A DNA stretch of 59,525 nt from a virus. Lineage: Duplodnaviria; Caudoviricetes. Positions within the stretch are counted from its first letter, which is position 1, and each line of letters opens with the position of its first letter. The notes under the pieces were generated by a model. The model was not told the DNA's origin. It did no database searches and saw only the letters and a list, made by a program, of their open reading frames with translations. This document shows positions 54,957 to 59,525 of the stretch, piece by piece. The translations under genes and the position numbers were made by a program. Where the stretch lies: IMG/VR virus record IMGVR_UViG_3300022214_000006, positions 1-59,525 of that record; one strand, given 5' to 3'.

Positions 54957-55342
54957 GAAAAGAGAAATCATGTTTTCGATGTTTTGCGCCGGTCAGGAGG
55001 ACTAGATCTCGCAATGTTTTCACTTACAGCCAAAAAGGGAATCATATAAACCATGTTTTCGTTTAGAATCAACAAGTTACGTTAAGTAATTACTAAGTTA
55101 CAACAAACTAAACAACTGACAAATATCAATATAATAGTTGAGTATAAAGTGTGGCTTCTTTTGGGAACTAAAAAGCCCAAAATTGTCACATTACAAATAT
55201 AATAAAATCAATGATTTAATAAATTTACGCTATTTCCGACACTTTCCAGCCAGTAAATAACCATACTAAACCAGTCAACAATCATTATACAAACTACTAA
55301 TTATTATACACTTTATAAAATAGTTTCTGGAATTGTATAATG

Positions 55343-55358
55343 TGGCATGACCTTTGCA
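55343..55358 (+). promoter_or_regulatory. sigma54 (-24/-12) promoter candidate
   Basis: TGGCAT-N5-TTGCA; IHF-consensus sites upstream. Confidence 0.5.
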
Positions 55359-55445
55359 TATATCCTTGGCATAAATAAAGTTTGACACAGTTATAAAATA
55401 GGCTTTATTATTCGGGTTCGTTAATTACTTAATAGGAGTTTTAAA

Positions 55446-55718
55446 ATGGCAAAAATTAATTTTGAAGTATGCGGCGCAGATGTAGAGTATGAGCTGCACG
55501 ATTTAGGCAAGCGCGAAGAATTGCGGATCAATGGCGAATCTATAATAGATTGCTGGGGTGATGTAGGTGCATGGGGCGCAGATTATCACATGGCGGTAGC
55601 GGGCTTGCATGGCGCTGCAAAAGAATCAGCAACATATAAATATTTGCGTACCCGCGCGGAACAATTGATTATCCAAGAAATATTTAGTTTGCGTGAGATG
55701 GTGAAGGAGTTACAATGA
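55446..55718 (+). CDS. Early-type hypothetical protein
   Basis: RBS AGGAG; TTGACA-type promoter at 55382. Confidence 0.7.
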   Translation: MAKINFEVCGADVEYELHDLGKREELRINGESIIDCWGDVGAWGADYHMAVAGLHGAAKESATYKYLRTRAEQLIIQEIFSLREMVKELQ

Positions 55719-56038
55719 TACATATAATAGACACCCTCGCCACCGAACACGAAACACTAGCCAAAATCACTGCACATCTAGCCAATGGTGAAGACAATCA
55801 AGCCAAGGCCGAACTATCTGAAATGGTATGGAGACTTGCAGGGATTGCGGATAGTTTACAAACTCAATTTATTTGTACAGTCAGAAGCAAGTCTGGAGCG
55901 CTTTATGATTATTACAAAGGCTATGAGTGGCATAATTTAGTACCTCATGACTCCCCTGCACCGACAAGCGGCTATGTTAAACCGGAATATATTTTTAGTA
56001 TTAAAGGTTGCGAAATCAACAACTTAAAAAATAATTAA
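55715..56038 (+). CDS. Hypothetical protein
   Basis: ATGA coupling, RBS AAGGAG. Confidence 0.65.
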   Translation: MIHIIDTLATEHETLAKITAHLANGEDNQAKAELSEMVWRLAGIADSLQTQFICTVRSKSGALYDYYKGYEWHNLVPHDSPAPTSGYVKPEYIFSIKGCEINNLKNN

Positions 56039-56324
56039 AAATAGTTGAAAAAAGAGTTGACACACTTTCGAAAATAGCCGAAGATGCGGCTTCTAACAAC
56101 AAACAAAGAGGAGTAACAAAATGAAATTCGACTTCGCAGCGTTTAAAAAATTTGCTGAATGTGGTTTGACACTGGCACGCAGCTTGGCTATTGCGAACGG
56201 TATCTCACCGGCACAAGCTGATTTATGGGTGTTGAAAGTGAGCGCAAAATGATTGAGCTTTTTACAATCTGCGCATTTTTCGGCATACTGGCGACAATCG
56301 CCGCTTTGAAAGGAGAGTTATAAA

Positions 56325-56729
56325 ATGCTTAACACCTTACATAAAACATTCAACCGGCAAGCTGAATACATCGGGACCGGGAACGTTTACGGCACTTGTC
56401 AAGTATCAAACTATATCCGCGCTGCGAATACTCTTGACTGTAACGGCATGACAAACAAGCCGGGCAAGTTGCAGGATTTTGACATTTCACTTTTTCGCAG
56501 ATTGCCCCAAAACGTGGAAAGACTGGCGCGCAAAGTTGCAGACGATGCAGGGCAGGCGATATTGTATAAAATCCGGCACTGGCGCGGCAAGGTTGAAATT
56601 GTAGACGGCTGGATTATCACGGAGGGGCATAAAACCGGATATAAACTTCATCATATCGTCAAGGGACACCGGGCAACTTACAAACAGCGCGATATTTTGC
56701 AGGTAGTGGCAAAGGAGCTTACAAAATGA
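56325..56729 (+). CDS. Hypothetical protein
   Basis: RBS AAGGAG. Confidence 0.7.
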   Translation: MLNTLHKTFNRQAEYIGTGNVYGTCQVSNYIRAANTLDCNGMTNKPGKLQDFDISLFRRLPQNVERLARKVADDAGQAILYKIRHWRGKVEIVDGWIITEGHKTGYKLHHIVKGHRATYKQRDILQVVAKELTK

Positions 56730-56977
56730 GCCGCGATAATTTTTATATCTGTACTGACCGCGATAATAAAAGGCTGCACCTAACCCGCAGCAAGCCTTCA
56801 GTTTTGTGCAGCTACTGGATAGAATACCGCGACAATAAGCCATTGCGCGGTCATCTGCACCCCGAAGAGGTGCAGATTTACGATTATTCAGTGCAGGAGT
56901 TTTTCGCAGTACATGACGGCTCCATCAGTTTGACCGGGCACGCAATGCCTAAAATTCAGAATTTTCAATTCATATAA
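56726..56977 (+). CDS. Hypothetical protein
   Basis: ATGA coupling. Confidence 0.65.
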   Translation: MSRDNFYICTDRDNKRLHLTRSKPSVLCSYWIEYRDNKPLRGHLHPEEVQIYDYSVQEFFAVHDGSISLTGHAMPKIQNFQFI

Positions 56978-56997
56978 TTCAAGAGGAGAATAAAACC

Positions 56998-57213
56998 ATG
57001 AAACATGCCATTAGAAACAGCTCAAGAATAAGCCGCAGGGCCGTCCGCAAGGCGCAAAGTGTCTTTTTGCAAGGTATCCTATACCCGGCACTCGAAGAGG
57101 CGCGGCAAGCGTTCGCAAAGGTTGAGCGGGTGCCGTATATGCCGGAGGTTGAGGAGGCCGGGATTAGCTGGTCAATTGATGAAAATTACGCTGAGATGTG
57201 GGAAGGACGCTAA
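56998..57213 (+). CDS. Hypothetical protein
   Basis: RBS GAGGAG. Confidence 0.65.
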   Translation: MKHAIRNSSRISRRAVRKAQSVFLQGILYPALEEARQAFAKVERVPYMPEVEEAGISWSIDENYAEMWEGR

Positions 57214-57214
57214 A

Positions 57215-57400
57215 ATGAGCATACGCTCGGATTATGATGATGCACTAGACAGCTTCGTTAACGGCCAAAAACGGCAATTTGTCAAACAGTTTGACGAATT
57301 AGAGTCAAAATCAGATTTTATTGACTACATTTGCGATTTAGGGCGCGCAGATGAAGTTCTGGAAATGTTGAAGAGTTACTTTAACATTAAAGCCCGTTAA
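57215..57400 (+). CDS. Hypothetical protein
   Basis: Start MSIRSDY after AAGGA. Confidence 0.6.
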   Translation: MSIRSDYDDALDSFVNGQKRQFVKQFDELESKSDFIDYICDLGRADEVLEMLKSYFNIKAR

Positions 57401-57430
57401 TCAATAACTTACAAAAGAGGATAAAATATC

Positions 57431-57859
57431 ATGACTAAACGCGAACAGCAGGAAAAACAATGGATGATCGAAGCATTGCAGCGCATCGGCATAGCCCTTG
57501 AAGATATACAACAATTGCGCCGCATATCAATGACATTGCGCCGCTGGTTCGAGCTTGAATGCGGAACCGGAACCGATACAGTATCGGAAAGCGTAGAGCG
57601 CGACGAAACAACAGACAAGCCATATCGCCGCGTACAGTACATGAGCCGCTCAGGATGGATAGATAAGCGCTACCCTATAGCCGACCGGGAAAAGGGCGCT
57701 ATGAAGCGTTTAGAGGTATTCCGGGCTAAGTATTCAAGCATTATCTTTTATGTACAAGGTGACCCGCGTGGCTGCGCATTGTATGCGCTAACATCCGACA
57801 AGGTGCCAGCTGGCGAGGATGTAGGCGCGGTTTATAATCGTGGCATTGCGATTTATTAA
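57431..57859 (+). CDS. Conserved phage hypothetical protein
   Basis: 'LRRISMTL.RW.ELECG', 'Y.QGDPRG.ALY'. Confidence 0.75.
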   Translation: MTKREQQEKQWMIEALQRIGIALEDIQQLRRISMTLRRWFELECGTGTDTVSESVERDETTDKPYRRVQYMSRSGWIDKRYPIADREKGAMKRLEVFRAKYSSIIFYVQGDPRGCALYALTSDKVPAGEDVGAVYNRGIAIY

Positions 57860-57869
57860 GGGGCATAAC

Positions 57870-58058
57870 ATGCTGATAAATATCAGATTCTTCAAATACG
57901 ATACTGAGTCAGACAATATTGATATTGTAGAGTGCGATGAATCAAACTTTCTGGATCTGGTTGGGCAAGGCTTCAAGATCGAATATGAGCGTAACACAGT
58001 ACGCGAGAATGGTTGCGCTCAGGTATGCTTAACCGTTGATAACTTGGGGGATTGTTAA
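57870..58058 (+). CDS. Hypothetical protein
   Basis: RBS AAGGGG. Confidence 0.6.
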   Translation: MLINIRFFKYDTESDNIDIVECDESNFLDLVGQGFKIEYERNTVRENGCAQVCLTVDNLGDC

Positions 58059-58059
58059 A

Positions 58060-58272
58060 ATGATAATCACACTACCAGCACGATGGTCCAGCGCAATCAT
58101 TAACTTTGACTATTCCGGTTTAGACAAAGAAGAGTGCGCAAAGCTCAACAATACTTTAGCAAACAATGGCTTATCGTTTACCGATTGCCTACACGTTAGC
58201 GAAGAGTTTTACGCACAGTTTGACGGGCTAGGCGACACTGTGGCCGATTATACTTTTGCGAGAGGTTGTTAA
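58060..58272 (+). CDS. Conserved small phage protein
   Basis: 'LP..W.SA.IN.DYSGL..EE' motif. Confidence 0.65.
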   Translation: MIITLPARWSSAIINFDYSGLDKEECAKLNNTLANNGLSFTDCLHVSEEFYAQFDGLGDTVADYTFARGC

Positions 58273-58274
58273 TT

Positions 58275-58571
58275 ATGAAAATATCAGAACGTTACGGCAC
58301 AGTCTTACGCCTTTACGATAACGGCGGCAAGTCTTTTGACCGCTACACAATCATACCGCCACGATGGGCAAAGCAATATAGAGAACGTAGCAGGTTATTT
58401 GAGGCTATCGGGGCCAGTAAGTATCCATATAGTCCGCAAGGCTTCGGAATGCACGTATCAGCAATGCCGGGCGCGCACCTTGGCAAGCGTATCAAGTGGC
58501 AAGACTTGCCCGAAGATGTGCAACGGTTTGCAAGCCAATCATTCCCGGAGTATTCACCATGTCAATTGTGA
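58275..58571 (+). CDS. Conserved phage hypothetical protein
   Basis: 'YDNGG.S.DRYT', 'P.SPQGFG.H', 'HLGKRI.W.DLP.DVQ'. Confidence 0.7.
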   Translation: MKISERYGTVLRLYDNGGKSFDRYTIIPPRWAKQYRERSRLFEAIGASKYPYSPQGFGMHVSAMPGAHLGKRIKWQDLPEDVQRFASQSFPEYSPCQL

Positions 58572-58752
58572 TAGCCATATTGCTGATTCTTTTACGTCGT
58601 CGTATCGGTTTTAAATAATTTTGGAGGGATCAAAAAATGCGGCCATTTTTCAATATGCAATTTTTAGCTGGTGTACTTTTTGGTATCGGTTTATTTTTAA
58701 TAGTTTTAAGCATTATTTTGTAGAGACACATTAACTTTTGGAGGATCGAAAA

Positions 58753-58974
58753 ATGTATAAGAATAAGAAAGAAGAATTTATTGTCAATTTTTGTAATGCG
58801 ATGCGCGATGAGGCTCTTAAAAAAGTAGATTTAATGCCTGATAATTGGGACGGGCACGAACTACGGACATATCTCGCTGATAAGTTTGCGTTTGAGACAT
58901 CATCACAGATGCAAAGCGGAAAGTCCTCACGCATGAGGGAATACAGGAGAGTTATTGCAAATACCCCGTTATAA
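58753..58974 (+). CDS. Hypothetical protein
   Basis: RBS GGAGG; 'P.NWDGHELR..LA.KF'. Confidence 0.65.
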   Translation: MYKNKKEEFIVNFCNAMRDEALKKVDLMPDNWDGHELRTYLADKFAFETSSQMQSGKSSRMREYRRVIANTPL

Positions 58975-58998
58975 CCCCTAACCTTCCCCAACCCTCCG

Positions 58999-59019
58999 CC
59001 GCCCTTCGGGGCGGTTTTT
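58999..59019 (+). terminator. Intrinsic terminator
   Basis: CCGCCC-TTCG-GGGCGG-TTTTT. Confidence 0.85.
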
Positions 59020-59151
59020 ATTGTCCGCTAGTTATTCATAACTCATTGATTAATAAGGGGTATATAGCCCCCTTATTATACAGATTCACCCGTGGATACT
59101 AGCACGGAAATCTCGAAGACTTGGATAACAGTATCTTTTTTAAGACACTCC

Positions 59152-59180
59152 TTGACTCTCCACCACAACTCAAGTATAAT
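59152..59180 (+). promoter_or_regulatory. sigma70 promoter
   Basis: TTGACT-N17-TATAAT. Confidence 0.75.
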
Positions 59181-59204
59181 AGTCAGACTTAAAGGAGAAT
59201 TAAC

Positions 59205-59453
59205 ATGCGTGGAAAATACAGCCCGACAGTTTCAGGATGGTACTCCGATGACCAGAAATGGTGGCGAAACAATTGCGTCAAAGCTGAACACTATCAGGAA
59301 TTTGATAAAGACGGTTATGATTCTTATGGATACGATAAAAACAATATAGATCGTGCGGGGGTTCACGAAAACGATTATGCGTTAAATGAAGAACTGTTTG
59401 AGAATGTTTGGAGTGAGTGGTGGAGCAAGCCTATGCCGAAAATAAATTATTAA
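59205..59453 (+). CDS. Hypothetical protein
   Basis: RBS AAGGAG; 'FD.DGYD.YGY......DRAG..E' motif. Confidence 0.7.
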   Translation: MRGKYSPTVSGWYSDDQKWWRNNCVKAEHYQEFDKDGYDSYGYDKNNIDRAGVHENDYALNEELFENVWSEWWSKPMPKINY

Positions 59454-59460
59454 ACAACCC

Positions 59461-59490
59461 TTGACACTATCCCATTTGTGAGAGTATAAT
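59461..59490 (+). promoter_or_regulatory. sigma70 promoter
   Basis: TTGACA-N18-TATAAT; next gene starts at 59515 (truncated). Confidence 0.7.
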
Positions 59491-59525
59491 GTGTTAAATT
59501 TTGAAAGGAGTAAAATGTCTAATAC

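Noticed and set aside
1-59525. Integron integrase (intI) or other tyrosine recombinase
   Set aside because: No ORF shows the R...H-x-x-R...Y catalytic pattern; an integrase could still lie outside the window.

Overview
A ~59.5 kb piece of a tailed dsDNA phage genome (long-tailed, siphovirus-like; host probably a Gram-negative proteobacterium). 1-8.5 kb (+): 3' part of the tail module (tape measure, tail proteins, fibre) and a lysis cassette. 8.5-53.1 kb (-): replication and accessory arm with primase-helicase, family A DNA polymerase, DinG-like and SNF2 helicases, YqaJ and PD-(D/E)XK nucleases, several DNA methyltransferases, a PAPS-reductase-like protein, DenV, an HD hydrolase, a TraR/DksA-like protein, two Zn-ribbon endonucleases, 3 tRNAs, several structured non-coding RNAs and many small ORFs. 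53.3-59.5 kb (+): AT-rich strand-switch region with repeats and IHF-consensus sites, then early-type small genes. The most striking feature is an integron-type cassette array at 48.1-51.1 kb: 7 complete attC sites whose R''/R' cores chain correctly, an attI-like left end, and no integrase in the window. Every cassette ORF is antisense to the canonical cassette orientation, several take their stop or start signals from attC sites, and a repeated phage promoter sits at the far end. A second notable signal is a pseudoknot-like leader architecture shared, without sequence similarity, by three free-standing endonuclease genes. All calls come from reading the sequence by eye; no searches or folding programs were run.
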